In this document: in pieces, positions 16,927 through 26,157 of the stretch | How the letters are laid out: each line of letters starts with the position of its first letter | How positions within the stretch are numbered: the stretch's first letter is position 1 | Source of the DNA: a virus | Taxonomy: Duplodnaviria > Caudoviricetes | Length of the DNA stretch: 41,693 nucleotides | Direction: 5' to 3' (one strand) | Virus record (IMG/VR): IMGVR_UViG_3300049009_000456 | Location: 1 to 41,693 of that record | Made by a program: the position numbers and the translations under genes | The notes under the pieces: model-generated | Told to the model about the DNA's origin: nothing | Seen by the model: only the letters and a program-made list of their open reading frames with translations | Databases searched by the model: none

Positions 16927-17384
16927 TATTTACCTTTGGCTTCTTTGTAGAGGGACGTGGCGCCGGGGATCGCCCCGGTGATGCCCTTAATCATGGCGCT
17001 GTCCGCAGCCTGCTGGCCCGCCTTCATGGCAAACCCGGCCTTGGTGCGGAGGACCATCTGGCGGGCCTCGCTGTCCTGGATCAGGGAGAGGCGCTGGGCG
17101 TCGAACAGGCCCTCGCGCGAGGCCACGTAGTCGGGCTCGGAGCCCCCGCCCTGCGCGGCGAAGATGGCCCGCGTGCGCGAGATCGTGGCCGTGCGCTCGC
17201 GTTGCTGGGCGTCGAGATCGCGGTTGAGGCCGATCTGCTCCTGCGTGCCCTGGTAGTTGAAGAAGTCGCGGTTATAGACGCCCTCGTCGAACGCCTGATT
17301 GCTGGCCATGGCGCCGCCAGCAATGGAGCCGACAGCGGAAACGCCCGCCAGAACGGCGGTAAATGGATCGTACCTAACTAGCAT
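16926..17384 (-). CDS. Internal virion protein (gp14-like)
   Basis: DPFTAVLAGVSAVGSIAGG N-terminus, Ala/Gln-rich; gene order. Confidence 0.75.
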   Translation of the reverse strand: MLVRYDPFTAVLAGVSAVGSIAGGAMASNQAFDEGVYNRDFFNYQGTQEQIGLNRDLDAQQRERTATISRTRAIFAAQGGGSEPDYVASREGLFDAQRLSLIQDSEARQMVLRTKAGFAMKAGQQAADSAMIKGITGAIPGATSLYKEAKGK

Positions 17385-17787
17385 TGCCACGTATCCAGGT
17401 GTCCAGGACGCCTTCCTCCGCTACCTTAACCTTTCGCAGGCCCAATAGCAACATGAACCGCTCGCCCTCCGGGTTGGTGCGATCCACTCTCGACCACAGG
17501 GGGCCATACATATCCGCCATGGCGTTGGTGTAGCGCACGAGGCGCACCATGCTGCGCTTCAGGTCACAGCCCAGGTACGCCCACCACTCGCGGTTTGCCG
17601 TTGGCCCTAGCGCGGCCACGGGCTTGCCATCGACCGTCATGGTGAAGGAGAACGGGCTCTCCGTAAGCGCGTGCAGGAGCAGGGGGTTGGCCTGGAACAT
17701 CGGCTTGGCCTCCGCATGGCGGGGCTGCAACTCGATCTCGTAGAAGTCCGACACGCGCAGCGGCCTGAACTTTACTTTACCCTTCAT
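17374..17787 (-). CDS. gp13-like (GNAT-fold) virion assembly protein
   Basis: Follows tail tubular B; VDRTNPEGERFMLLLGL. Confidence 0.65.
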   Translation of the reverse strand: MKGKVKFRPLRVSDFYEIELQPRHAEAKPMFQANPLLLHALTESPFSFTMTVDGKPVAALGPTANREWWAYLGCDLKRSMVRLVRYTNAMADMYGPLWSRVDRTNPEGERFMLLLGLRKVKVAEEGVLDTWIRGNAS

Positions 17788-20152
17788 TGAGCATCATCCG
17801 GGGCGCGACGGCCAGCACGGTCATGGGGAGCGGCTGCGTGTTTTCGAAGTAGACGGTGGGCTCCGTATCCCAACTCGTGTCGACGCTGATAAGCTTCGTG
17901 CCGGTGAACAGTGGAGGCGACTGATCCATGGGGCCATTACCCTCCCGGAAGTTCATCGCATCCAGCTCACGCTCCAACCCGTTGCCGGTAGAGAGGGAAC
18001 CGCCCATGGTGTTGTGCAGGACGACCGCGATCTTGTCGATCGTCGCGGGCTGGCCCTGGCCTGTGCCCAGCTTACCGCCAGCGGTGAAGCGCTGCGTCTC
18101 GCCGCGATAGGTGTAGGGCAGGCCCACGGCCACGATGGACGCGCGGCGGTTATGCAGCTCGATCTCGCCCCCGGTTACAACTTCGTCCGGGTGGACCATG
18201 CCGTCAGCCAGCACGGCCACGGTCAAGCCCTCCAGATGGTCGAGCCCGGTGATCGTCGTCACTTCCTTACGCACGAGCGGGGAGTTCATGTTCGTCGTGG
18301 ACGCACCCGATACGACACCCAAATCCGCCCAATTTGTCGTGTCGATATAGTTGCCGCTACCGTCCTTCAGTTTGAAGGTGTTCGTGGTCTTGTCGGACAC
18401 GATCGCGGACAGGCGGTCCATTTCCGCGGGGCCTTGCGGGGCACGCAGTTTGACGCGGTCGCCGTCCGCGAAGCCATGCGCCGTGGCCGTGAATACGCCT
18501 TGCGCCGCCTTGGTGAAGCTGGCGATCAGGACCGGCAGGTCGTACTTTAAGCCCAGGTCGACGAAGTACGCCTCGTCGAGCGCACGGATTTTCTGGTCAT
18601 CGGTGGCGCGTTCGTAGGACAGGGCCGGGCGGTACTGCGCGTCCATGTAGCAGACGTACTGCTCCGTCGTGCCGTTCACGTCGATCGTCGCGAGGAACCA
18701 TAGTTCGTGCGCCGACGAGGTAGGGTTCTGCACCACCGCGATATCATTGACCGTCGCGAGGCCGTTACCTACGGAGTGGGTATGCACGCCAAGCACCTTC
18801 TGGTCGGGCTCATAGGTGAGGCCGATCAGGGAGCCGTCGCCATGCACCATCCAGATCGTACTATCGGGCGTGGCCTGATAGGCCATACGCAGGATGCCAC
18901 CGTTACCATTGACGTCGCTGTCGGGCACGTCCTCGGCCAGGAGCATGAGGTTGCGCGAGGAGAAGTTGTCCTTCACCACCTCGTAGCGCAGCTCATACAA
19001 CTCCCGCAGGTTGGAATGCACGAACATGATCTGGCTGTCGATCTGCACCGGGGTCTTGTACGCGGCGCCGCGATACGTGGCCGAGCGGACAACTGAAGCG
19101 TTCGGGGTCAGGATGCCCGCGGCGTCGGACGAGAACATGCGGAACTCGCCGCCCGCCGAGCCGATCGCCATGTAGTCCGCCTGTGAGGCCAGCCACATGA
19201 TCGTCTGCAAGCGTTTGCCCTGCACGCGCTTAACAATCGCCTTGTCGTCCTCGTTGATCGTTGGCGTTACGCCGTAGCTAAGACCGCGGAAGAAGTTGTC
19301 GTAGTCGTCGGACATGGACCCGACGATGACGTCCGGTGCCGTGCGCGAGCCCGCATACCACAGGCGCCCGTCGTGGAAGATCACGGCGCGGGGGCCATCG
19401 GTGTCGGAGAACAGGCCCAGCGCCCAGTCGAGAGTGGACCCGGAACCTGCGGGGTCGGCCAGCACCTTCAGCTCCGTGGCGATAACAACGGTGGTGGAGG
19501 ACACCGTCGTGATCTGGTACACGCCGTCATGGAAGCGCAGCGTGCGCCCCACGTCATCCGCCGTAACAAACCCACCGGGCTTGGGGACCGCGGAGAAGGT
19601 GAAGGTATAGGGGCTACCGCCGCCTGTCTTCGTGCAGGTCACGGCGGTAATATTGGACGGCTGCATAGGCGCGTTGCCGTCCTTCCACGCCACCTTGGTC
19701 CAGGTGAAGGACGTCAGGCTGGTGCGGGACAGTTTGTACGGATGGCCGTTAGGGTGGACCATATACATGATGTCGACCTGCTGGGCGACACGAAGGTCCT
19801 GCTGCTCGTCGTTGCTATAGGTCGTCGTCGTTTCCAGCGGCGTGCCGGGACTGCTCTCGACCTGGCCGTGGTTGGCGTAGTATCGAATGTAGTTGTGCCC
19901 GACCTCCATGATGTACTGCTGGTCGGATGCCACGTCGAAGGGGATGAGCGCGTTCTTCGCGCTGGTGCGATTCTTGACCTCACTGACGAACACCGAGCCC
20001 GAGCGGCGCATGAAACCACCATGCGGCAGGATCGTGCCGTTGAGCGCTTGGCGCATGCCCTGGCTGTACTGGTCCAGGTCGTCGCGAGCGCGTAGGCGGC
20101 GGGTGAGCAGGCCCGCAGTGAAGTTGCTCTGGATTGGATTAGCGCGAGCCAT
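17777..20152 (-). CDS. Tail tubular protein B / nozzle (gp12-like) with an FCCH-like insert
   Basis: QSNFTAG, GGFMRRSGS, FHDGRLWYAG, VAVLADG, VGLPY, QPLPMTVLA; insert TATAHGFADGDRV. Confidence 0.9.
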   Translation of the reverse strand: MARANPIQSNFTAGLLTRRLRARDDLDQYSQGMRQALNGTILPHGGFMRRSGSVFVSEVKNRTSAKNALIPFDVASDQQYIMEVGHNYIRYYANHGQVESSPGTPLETTTTYSNDEQQDLRVAQQVDIMYMVHPNGHPYKLSRTSLTSFTWTKVAWKDGNAPMQPSNITAVTCTKTGGGSPYTFTFSAVPKPGGFVTADDVGRTLRFHDGVYQITTVSSTTVVIATELKVLADPAGSGSTLDWALGLFSDTDGPRAVIFHDGRLWYAGSRTAPDVIVGSMSDDYDNFFRGLSYGVTPTINEDDKAIVKRVQGKRLQTIMWLASQADYMAIGSAGGEFRMFSSDAAGILTPNASVVRSATYRGAAYKTPVQIDSQIMFVHSNLRELYELRYEVVKDNFSSRNLMLLAEDVPDSDVNGNGGILRMAYQATPDSTIWMVHGDGSLIGLTYEPDQKVLGVHTHSVGNGLATVNDIAVVQNPTSSAHELWFLATIDVNGTTEQYVCYMDAQYRPALSYERATDDQKIRALDEAYFVDLGLKYDLPVLIASFTKAAQGVFTATAHGFADGDRVKLRAPQGPAEMDRLSAIVSDKTTNTFKLKDGSGNYIDTTNWADLGVVSGASTTNMNSPLVRKEVTTITGLDHLEGLTVAVLADGMVHPDEVVTGGEIELHNRRASIVAVGLPYTYRGETQRFTAGGKLGTGQGQPATIDKIAVVLHNTMGGSLSTGNGLERELDAMNFREGNGPMDQSPPLFTGTKLISVDTSWDTEPTVYFENTQPLPMTVLAVAPRMMLNEG

Positions 20153-20206
20153 TAATTAAAACATACGCCCTTTTGTTTTAATAGCCGGGATGCCGAATTA
20201 AACCTC

Positions 20207-20833
20207 TTAAACAACCGGACCGATCCTCAAAGGATAATTGTCCGAAAACCGAGAGTCTATCCATTCGCTAGCGACGATGACCTCCGGGGTGCCCTGGATA
20301 GCGCCCTTGAACTTGGCCTGCTTGGCGGCCTGCTCCCGGCCCTGCACGAGCGCTGTGTAGCGGTCGGCGCCCTTGGTCAGGTCATAGAAGATGGTCGTGG
20401 CCAGGAGGTAGGACAGGTACTTCACGAACTCCGGGGAGTACAGGCTGGGGTCGGTGACGCGCTTGACGTATACGATCTTCAGTGGCGCGTCGTCGGCCAT
20501 GATATACTGGCCCTCGCGCTTGAAGATTGTTTCACTGGCGGTGTAATTACGCTTGCTCTCGTTCGTGTCCCCACCGATCCCGATAAGCTGGAGCAGGTCG
20601 GACGGCACCGTGAAGCGGTTGGAAAACCCGAAGGCTGGGGCGGTAGGGTCTGCGGCCAGCTCGGCGCGCTCCACCGCAAAGTACCATCGGTAGTCGGTGA
20701 GCGCCTGGTCGAGGACCACGTCATAGACGCGCTTCAGGACCCGCGCCGCCTTGCCGTCCTCGTTGAGGGAAGTGATCGACGCCTCGCCGCAATGAACTAG
20801 CGCGACGTTGCAAATCTGGATTTGGCTCGCCAT
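20207..20833 (-). CDS. Tail tubular protein A / adaptor (gp11-like)
   Basis: ICNVAL..GE..ITSL, WYFA, LSYLLA. Confidence 0.9.
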   Translation of the reverse strand: MASQIQICNVALVHCGEASITSLNEDGKAARVLKRVYDVVLDQALTDYRWYFAVERAELAADPTAPAFGFSNRFTVPSDLLQLIGIGGDTNESKRNYTASETIFKREGQYIMADDAPLKIVYVKRVTDPSLYSPEFVKYLSYLLATTIFYDLTKGADRYTALVQGREQAAKQAKFKGAIQGTPEVIVASEWIDSRFSDNYPLRIGPVV

Positions 20834-20868
20834 ACCCGGAGGGTATCACGGATGGCTTGTAAAGGAAA
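20834..20868 (-). promoter_or_regulatory. Putative leaderless promoter for the tail operon
   Basis: GTGA-TACCCT then 6 nt to ATG; no SD; weak -35. Confidence 0.45.
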
Positions 20869-20910
20869 TAGTTGCTGCGGCGCCGCCTCGTATCGTTTTG
20901 AAAGCGCTTG

Positions 20911-20968
20911 TGGGGCAGGACCGGCACACCCTCGCGGGGATACTCCCTTTCGGGACGCCGCAGCCCCA
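20911..20968 (-). ncRNA. Candidate structured RNA (three-way junction, two GNRA loops)
   Basis: UGGGGC/GCCCCA closing stem enclosing UCCC-GAAA-GGGA and CCC-GCGA-GGG hairpins; intergenic. Confidence 0.4.
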
Positions 20969-20980
20969 ATAGTATGGCAC

Positions 20981-21014
20981 AAAGAGAAACCCCCTGTCCA
21001 CAAGGGACAGGGGG
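20981..21014 (-). terminator. Intrinsic terminator of the capsid operon
   Basis: CCCCCTGTCC/GGACAGGGGG 10-bp stem then TTTCTCTTT on the - strand. Confidence 0.85.
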
Positions 21015-21059
21015 CTGCGGCGGGGGAGAGGAGGGTGAGGGAAACGCCCGCCGCGGAGA

Positions 21060-21290
21060 CTACTCCAAGGTCGATCCCGTGGTGGCGATGCCGCCTACCG
21101 AAGACGCCTTGGACGATTGGCGGTGGTACGAACGCACCAATCCGGCAATCAACTTCTCGACGTCCATACCGGACGTCAAGGTGTTGTCGATCAGGAGCGC
21201 CACGGACCCCGTGAGGGACCCTCCCGTCCCGTAGGTCACAGTGACCTGTCGAGACGGGGTGATCGAGGCGTTGAGGGTAAGGGTGGCCAT
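21060..21290 (-). CDS. Small putative virion protein, 76 aa
   Basis: AAGGAG SD, Thr/Ser/Gly-rich, in the capsid operon. Confidence 0.75.
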   Translation of the reverse strand: MATLTLNASITPSRQVTVTYGTGGSLTGSVALLIDNTLTSGMDVEKLIAGLVRSYHRQSSKASSVGGIATTGSTLE

Positions 21291-21306
21291 TAAGCGCGCT
21301 CCTTAA

Positions 21307-21735
21307 TCACTCGACCGTGTAGTAGATGTAGCCGTAGAGCGAGCCGGAGGCGGGGTTGCCGCCTTCCAGCTTGGCCGTCAGGGTGATGGCCGTCGACAGG
21401 CGCTCGCGGCCAACGCCGTAGAGCGCGTAGGTGTTTGCGAAGGCCGACGTGCCCGCGGCGGTAGCAACGTCCAGAGCCGAGAGGTACTTGTTCTCGGTCG
21501 TGCCGTCGCCAATGTCGAGGGTGATCGACGTGCCGAAGTCGGTGAAGTCCACGAACCCGTAGAGGATGCGGGCGCCGATCGGAAGCTTGCACAGTTCGAC
21601 CAGGTCGTTCTGCGCGGCGTCACCCGTCCAGGTGAAGGTATCGCAGCGCACCTTGCCGTTCGACTGACCGCTGTCGGGCTTCACAACAGGCGAAGCGCGA
21701 AGGCTGGTGATGATATCGGAGTAGAGAGTAGCCAT
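21307..21735 (-). CDS. Capsid cement/decoration protein (Bbp16-like)
   Basis: Directly after the MCP; LCKLPIGARIL, TLDIGD jelly-roll pattern. Confidence 0.75.
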   Translation of the reverse strand: MATLYSDIITSLRASPVVKPDSGQSNGKVRCDTFTWTGDAAQNDLVELCKLPIGARILYGFVDFTDFGTSITLDIGDGTTENKYLSALDVATAAGTSAFANTYALYGVGRERLSTAITLTAKLEGGNPASGSLYGYIYYTVE

Positions 21736-21758
21736 GTGTCAGGTTCCTTTTCTAACTA

Positions 21759-22637
21759 TTAGGCTTCGCTGCACAGGACCGAGACAACCATCTCGTCTTC
21801 CGTGCGGAGGGCGCCCCACGAACCGCAGGTATAAATCTGCGAAGCGTAGCGCTTGTCCGGGCGGGGCGAGGCGGTGGAGTTCGGGGACATGGCCGTGCCG
21901 AATCGGATGGCAGGCTGCGCCCAGGCGAAGCAGTTGCGAACGCTGGACGTCGAGATCAGGCGCTCGGTGCGAATGAACTTGAAGCCCAGGAAGGTATCGA
22001 CCTGGCCCTGAACGAGGGCCTTGACCGTGTTGAAGTCCGTCGACGTGACCTTGTCGTCTTCAAGCAGCTCACGCATCTGACGCGAACCAGCGGCGAAGAA
22101 GCGCGGGTAGAACTCGTCGACTTCGTTAGCGTCGAGGATTTCCTTGGCGCGGTTCAGCTTGTCGATCGTCAGGCCCGTGGAGCCCGAAGCGAGCTGCTGG
22201 GTCGACGTCGGGAAGGCGGTCGTGCCCGTGCCGGTGTGGCCCGTGATGGCCGTGGCGTAGAGCGCGGAGATGATGCTGTCATCCATGCCGCGGCCCATCG
22301 TGCCCGCGTGGCGCATGGTGTAGACGCTATCGAGCTGGATCAGCATCTTGACGCGGTCCTGCTTGTCGATCAGGTCGGCCACGTCATAGTCGCGGATGAA
22401 GCCCCAGCGCCGGGTCTGCGGCGTGTTGTTGAGCGGGGTGTCACCATGGCGCTCGTTGATCTCGTTCGGTGCATCGATGCCGCCCGTGATCTCGACCGCC
22501 CAGCTCTCGCCCGTGACGTCCTCGCGCATTACCGCGGGAAGCAGACGCGAAACCTTCTGCTCCGCGAGCAGATGGACGTTGCTGGAAAACTGGGTGACAT
22601 ACGACACCGGAATGTCGACAGAGTAAAGAATACGCAT
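21759..22637 (-). CDS. Major capsid protein
   Basis: YVTQFSSNVHLLAEQKVSRL, STDFNTVKALVQGQVDTFLGFKFI, GALR; follows the scaffold gene. Confidence 0.92.
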   Translation of the reverse strand: MRILYSVDIPVSYVTQFSSNVHLLAEQKVSRLLPAVMREDVTGESWAVEITGGIDAPNEINERHGDTPLNNTPQTRRWGFIRDYDVADLIDKQDRVKMLIQLDSVYTMRHAGTMGRGMDDSIISALYATAITGHTGTGTTAFPTSTQQLASGSTGLTIDKLNRAKEILDANEVDEFYPRFFAAGSRQMRELLEDDKVTSTDFNTVKALVQGQVDTFLGFKFIRTERLISTSSVRNCFAWAQPAIRFGTAMSPNSTASPRPDKRYASQIYTCGSWGALRTEDEMVVSVLCSEA

Positions 22638-22717
22638 TTAGATACGTTGCCTACTGCATAGGTTGTGGGGGTTCGGTGGAACCGCGCCGGGTGTCCCTGT
22701 GCAGGGGCCGATCTTGG

Positions 22718-22758
22718 TCCGTGGAAGTATGGTTGTCATACTTCCACGGAATTGTCAA
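22718..22758 (-). promoter_or_regulatory. Capsid promoter (-35 TTGACA) overlapped by a perfect 14-bp inverted repeat
   Basis: TTGACA at 22758-22753; TCCGTGGAAGTATG-N5-CATACTTCCACGGA at 22718-22750. Confidence 0.6.
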
Positions 22759-22760
22759 GT

Positions 22761-23735
22761 CTACTTGGCGCGCTTCTCGGCGCGGGCGAACAGGTCTTGC
22801 GCTTTGGCGTTCAGCTCGCGGCGCTTCATCTGGTCGGTTTCATTGATGGCCTGCTTGAGCAATTCCTGCGCCTGCTCCTTGGCCGACGCGGGGGTGATGC
22901 CCTCGCCAAACCCACCGGGCTTGTCGCCGCCGCCCTCATCCTCGGCCAGCATCTTGCCGACCTTGGACAGCATACGCAGGAGCGGGGCATCGGTGCCCAG
23001 GCCCGCCTTGTTGATACTGGCCGCCAGCTCCTCGCCGCCCAGCTTCTTGACCGCGAAGTTGGCCGCAGCCACGTCGCCGTCGAACGCCTCGCCCAGCTCT
23101 GCCTTGAGCGCTTCGATGTTCTTGGCCGTGCGATCGATTTCCGCTGCGGCCATGTCCTGCTGGCCCTTCACCACGAGATCACCGAAGCCTTCGACGAAGC
23201 CCTGGAACTGGTCGGGCAGGATGCCCAGTTTGAACGCCGTCTCCTTCAGCACCGCGAAGTTCGGGTGGTCCGTCTTCAGGAGATTGGCAGCGTCACCCTT
23301 GAGGGGCTTCAGCTCGTAGGCGCCGATCTCCTTGGGCAGACCCATCTTCTCCAGCGCCGCGCGCTTGGCCTCGGGCGTAGCGTTCGGGGCCAGCTCGACC
23401 AGGTGTTCGGTGGGTCGGCCCACGAACTGCTGGAGGTTGTCGGCGCCGCGCACCAGCTCCGTGATGTTCGCGTACTTCTTGGCCGAAGGGCTTTCCTTCA
23501 GCTCGGGGGGAAGGGTGCTTCGGTAGTCCCAGCCTTCAGGGAGCTTAAAAACTTCTGTGCCTGGCTGTTCGCCTGATCCAGTATCCTTTGTCCCAGCTCC
23601 CGCTGCACCTTCGCCAGCTCCTCCTCCAAGGAGACTATTCGGAGCTGCGCCGCCAGGAGCGCCTGCACTCCCTCCTGTTCCGCCCGCTCCGCCATCACCT
23701 TCTCCGTCATAATAAATCCTAAAACTCGCCTTCAT
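22761..23735 (-). CDS. Capsid scaffolding protein
   Basis: Between portal and MCP; Gly-rich N-terminus, WDYRSTLPPELK, GLPKE, LKAELG; AGGTG SD. Confidence 0.85.
   Translation of the reverse strand: MKASFRIYYDGEGDGGAGGTGGSAGAPGGAAPNSLLGGGAGEGAAGAGTKDTGSGEQPGTEVFKLPEGWDYRSTLPPELKESPSAKKYANITELVRGADNLQQFVGRPTEHLVELAPNATPEAKRAALEKMGLPKEIGAYELKPLKGDAANLLKTDHPNFAVLKETAFKLGILPDQFQGFVEGFGDLVVKGQQDMAAAEIDRTAKNIEALKAELGEAFDGDVAAANFAVKKLGGEELAASINKAGLGTDAPLLRMLSKVGKMLAEDEGGGDKPGGFGEGITPASAKEQAQELLKQAINETDQMKRRELNAKAQDLFARAEKRAK
23498..23710 (-). CDS. Candidate overprinted 70-aa coiled-coil protein (+1 frame in scaffold)
   Basis: AGGA SD 6 nt upstream, just after the upstream gene's stop; uses GAG/CTG/GCG/CAG codons while the scaffold frame uses GGA/GCT/ACA. 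Confidence 0.65.
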   Translation of the reverse strand: MTEKVMAERAEQEGVQALLAAQLRIVSLEEELAKVQRELGQRILDQANSQAQKFLSSLKAGTTEAPFPPS

Positions 23736-24015
23736 GGCTTTCACCTTTTTGTTGGAACGGCTCGCTCTCCGCGGCCTTCGGCTGCTTCAGATCGTCCGTC
23801 GTCATGGACAGCATCTTGCCGATATACACCAGGACCCCTCGATGACCCTCGTTGATGTGCGTGCCGTAGGGATCACCCGGCACGTTTGTCGACTTCTCGA
23901 TGAAGCCGAATTTGTGGGCCAGGTGGGTAAGGACGACTTTGCCTACCGGCGACCCAAAGCACTCCTGATAGGCCAGAAGAAGTTCTTCCGGCCCAACCTC
24001 TCTGCTAACCTGCAT
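23719..24015 (-). CDS. Bbp19-like small protein
   Basis: YQECFGSPVGKVVLTHL...DPYGTHINEGHRGV; follows portal. Confidence 0.85.
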   Translation of the reverse strand: MQVSREVGPEELLLAYQECFGSPVGKVVLTHLAHKFGFIEKSTNVPGDPYGTHINEGHRGVLVYIGKMLSMTTDDLKQPKAAESEPFQQKGESHEGEF

Positions 24016-25639
24016 TGTTCGCCTGTGTTACCTTCGCTCCCGCGGTCATAAGGGCCGCGCCCGCCTGCGCCGCTTCCGGCATCATCTGAGCCTGCATCGC
24101 AACCTGCTCCTGCTTGGCCCGCGCCGCACGGGTAGCCCTGACCGTCGTGCTGCTCTGCACGATCTTGGCCGGGGCGCCGTTCGCCTGCGGGATAAGCTGG
24201 GCCACCATGTCGGTATCGATCCAGTCGAACAGGCCCTTGTCGACCTGCGCCCACAGGCCCATCTGCTCGAAAGTCCGCATGAGGGACAGGCCGTCCATCT
24301 GCTTCTGCGAGGCGATGAGCGGGGAGACGTACTCCAGCTTCAGGCGCTTGCCAGACAATTCGGCGGGGGGCTTGGGCAGGAGGCCCGATCGATCGAGAAT
24401 ATTGAACGTGCGCGTGACGAGGCGCGAGAACAGCTCCGTCTGCATACGCACGAGCATGGGGGACAGGGCGCGGTTGCGCTCGTCGACTTCCTGGAGAACC
24501 TGCGTGGCCGTCTTGACCGGGCTGTCCGGAGTCACGAACAGCGGGGTGAAGAAGGCTTCCTTGATGGCGCCCTGGCGGGCGATCAGCAACTCGTTGCCCG
24601 TCTCGATCCGGCTGGTGCCGGGCGGGATCAGCGTCTTGATATCGACCTGCCCCTCGGTGAAGGTCAGGCCACCGGAATATGTACGTACAGGCGACACCAG
24701 CGAGCCGTCCGGGATCACCAGTGGCGGGTCGACGATCTTCTCGGCACCGCGCAGGATCGTATCCGACATGCGGTTAACCATGCGGATATCCGGCATTGCG
24801 GTCATGGCCGGGCTGCGCCCGTAGATTTCGCCGCGGGCCTTGTACCAGCGCGGGACGAAGTAGGGGAATTCCTCGTAGGAACCGTACTCGAGGATGCGGT
24901 TCTCGTGGCCCGTCAAAATCCAGCACGAGTAGTAGGCGGCGCCCTTGAGACGCTGCCGCATCGGCAATTCCTCGGCCAGTGGATCGTTGGCAGGGAAGAC
25001 CGCGTGCAGGAACTTGTCTTTCGTGTTCAGCTTGTCGTCGGAGATGTTCTCGTACTCGCGGCCCAGCTTCTCCTTGCTGAAGCGCTGGAGCGCCGCGCGC
25101 TTGCTCTGCGTGCGCTGACGGATCATGCTGTCGATGTTCTCGTCCTCACCCTCGTCGATCACGCAGTCGTCGAGGTGGTAGACGCGGCAACGCAGTTTGC
25201 TGTTGATGACGTCTTCGAACATGACCGCCGTACCGAAAGCGCCAATGTCGAGGTAGACCTGGTGGAGCTGCGAGTAAATGTCGGCGCTGGGGGACGTGAG
25301 CGCGTTCATAATGTGCTTCTGGCACGTCTCCATGTAGCCACGCACGGACGACGACAGCGTCAGCTCGGGCTCGCCCTCGACGCCCAGGCGCACCCACTCG
25401 GAGGCCGGGTTGTTCAGGAGGGTATGCAGGAAGGACGCGAACATTTCCAGCGACCGCGGGGCCGTGCTGTCCAGAATCCAGCGCATACGATCTTGGCCGG
25501 GCGTGATCTGTTCCATGAAGGACGCAGAGTTAGGCAGGCAGTAGCGGGCGATCGACTGCCACAGGCTTTCCCACGTACTCCGCTCGCCGCGCTTGGTCTT
25601 TTCCCGTTGTACGATCGCGTCGGCTAGTTTGTTTTTCAC
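24005..25639 (-). CDS. Portal / head-tail connector protein
   Basis: WESLWQSIARYCLP, DSTA, AFGTA, GEIYGRSP, KTATQV, LEYVSPL. Confidence 0.95.
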   Translation of the reverse strand: MKNKLADAIVQREKTKRGERSTWESLWQSIARYCLPNSASFMEQITPGQDRMRWILDSTAPRSLEMFASFLHTLLNNPASEWVRLGVEGEPELTLSSSVRGYMETCQKHIMNALTSPSADIYSQLHQVYLDIGAFGTAVMFEDVINSKLRCRVYHLDDCVIDEGEDENIDSMIRQRTQSKRAALQRFSKEKLGREYENISDDKLNTKDKFLHAVFPANDPLAEELPMRQRLKGAAYYSCWILTGHENRILEYGSYEEFPYFVPRWYKARGEIYGRSPAMTAMPDIRMVNRMSDTILRGAEKIVDPPLVIPDGSLVSPVRTYSGGLTFTEGQVDIKTLIPPGTSRIETGNELLIARQGAIKEAFFTPLFVTPDSPVKTATQVLQEVDERNRALSPMLVRMQTELFSRLVTRTFNILDRSGLLPKPPAELSGKRLKLEYVSPLIASQKQMDGLSLMRTFEQMGLWAQVDKGLFDWIDTDMVAQLIPQANGAPAKIVQSSTTVRATRAARAKQEQVAMQAQMMPEAAQAGAALMTAGAKVTQANNAG

Positions 25640-25800
25640 CCTTTATCCTCGTCAGCCTCCTGCTCGGTAGCTTCTTGCGGCGCCTGCTGCGCGTTGGCCT
25701 GCTCGGCAATCTGCTCAAGCACGACGACGGTCTGCTGCTGAAGGGCCTGTAGCGCGTTGCAGATGATGTTGATCGCCGGGACGGAAAGATCGAGCTTCAT
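25636..25800 (-). CDS. 54-aa Gln-rich helical protein (fibre-chaperone-like)
   Basis: TAATG-coupled; INIICNALQAL...LEQIAEQANAQ. Confidence 0.7.
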   Translation of the reverse strand: MKLDLSVPAINIICNALQALQQQTVVVLEQIAEQANAQQAPQEATEQEADEDKG

Positions 25801-26147
25801 TAAACGGCTCCACCATCGACGGCCACCCACGGCAACGGCAGCACCTGCGTCGTCGGGTTTCTCTGCGCCTCAATGCTCTGATCAAGCGCGGCTTGATATT
25901 CAGCCGTCTGTTCCGGTGTCCATGCGTCAAGAACCCAGCCCGCGACTTGCTCCTGCGTCAGGTCGGCGTATGGCGTGAACGGCGTGCCTTGCGTGTAGGT
26001 GATATCGGTCGTGATGAAACAGGACGCTGTGTATTCGCCGTCAGCGGCGACGTAGCTGGCGATTACACGATAGACAACATCTACCTCGCCTTCGGCTTGC
26101 GGGTAGTTGACCAGCGTGGTCGGCGTGAGTGTGTAGGTGGTGGGCAT
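25800..26147 (-). CDS. Fibre-associated hypothetical protein
   Basis: FTPYADLTQEQVAGWV...LPLPW pattern, often seen next to tail fibres. Confidence 0.8.
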   Translation of the reverse strand: MPTTYTLTPTTLVNYPQAEGEVDVVYRVIASYVAADGEYTASCFITTDITYTQGTPFTPYADLTQEQVAGWVLDAWTPEQTAEYQAALDQSIEAQRNPTTQVLPLPWVAVDGGAV

Positions 26148-26157
26148 TTATGATTCC

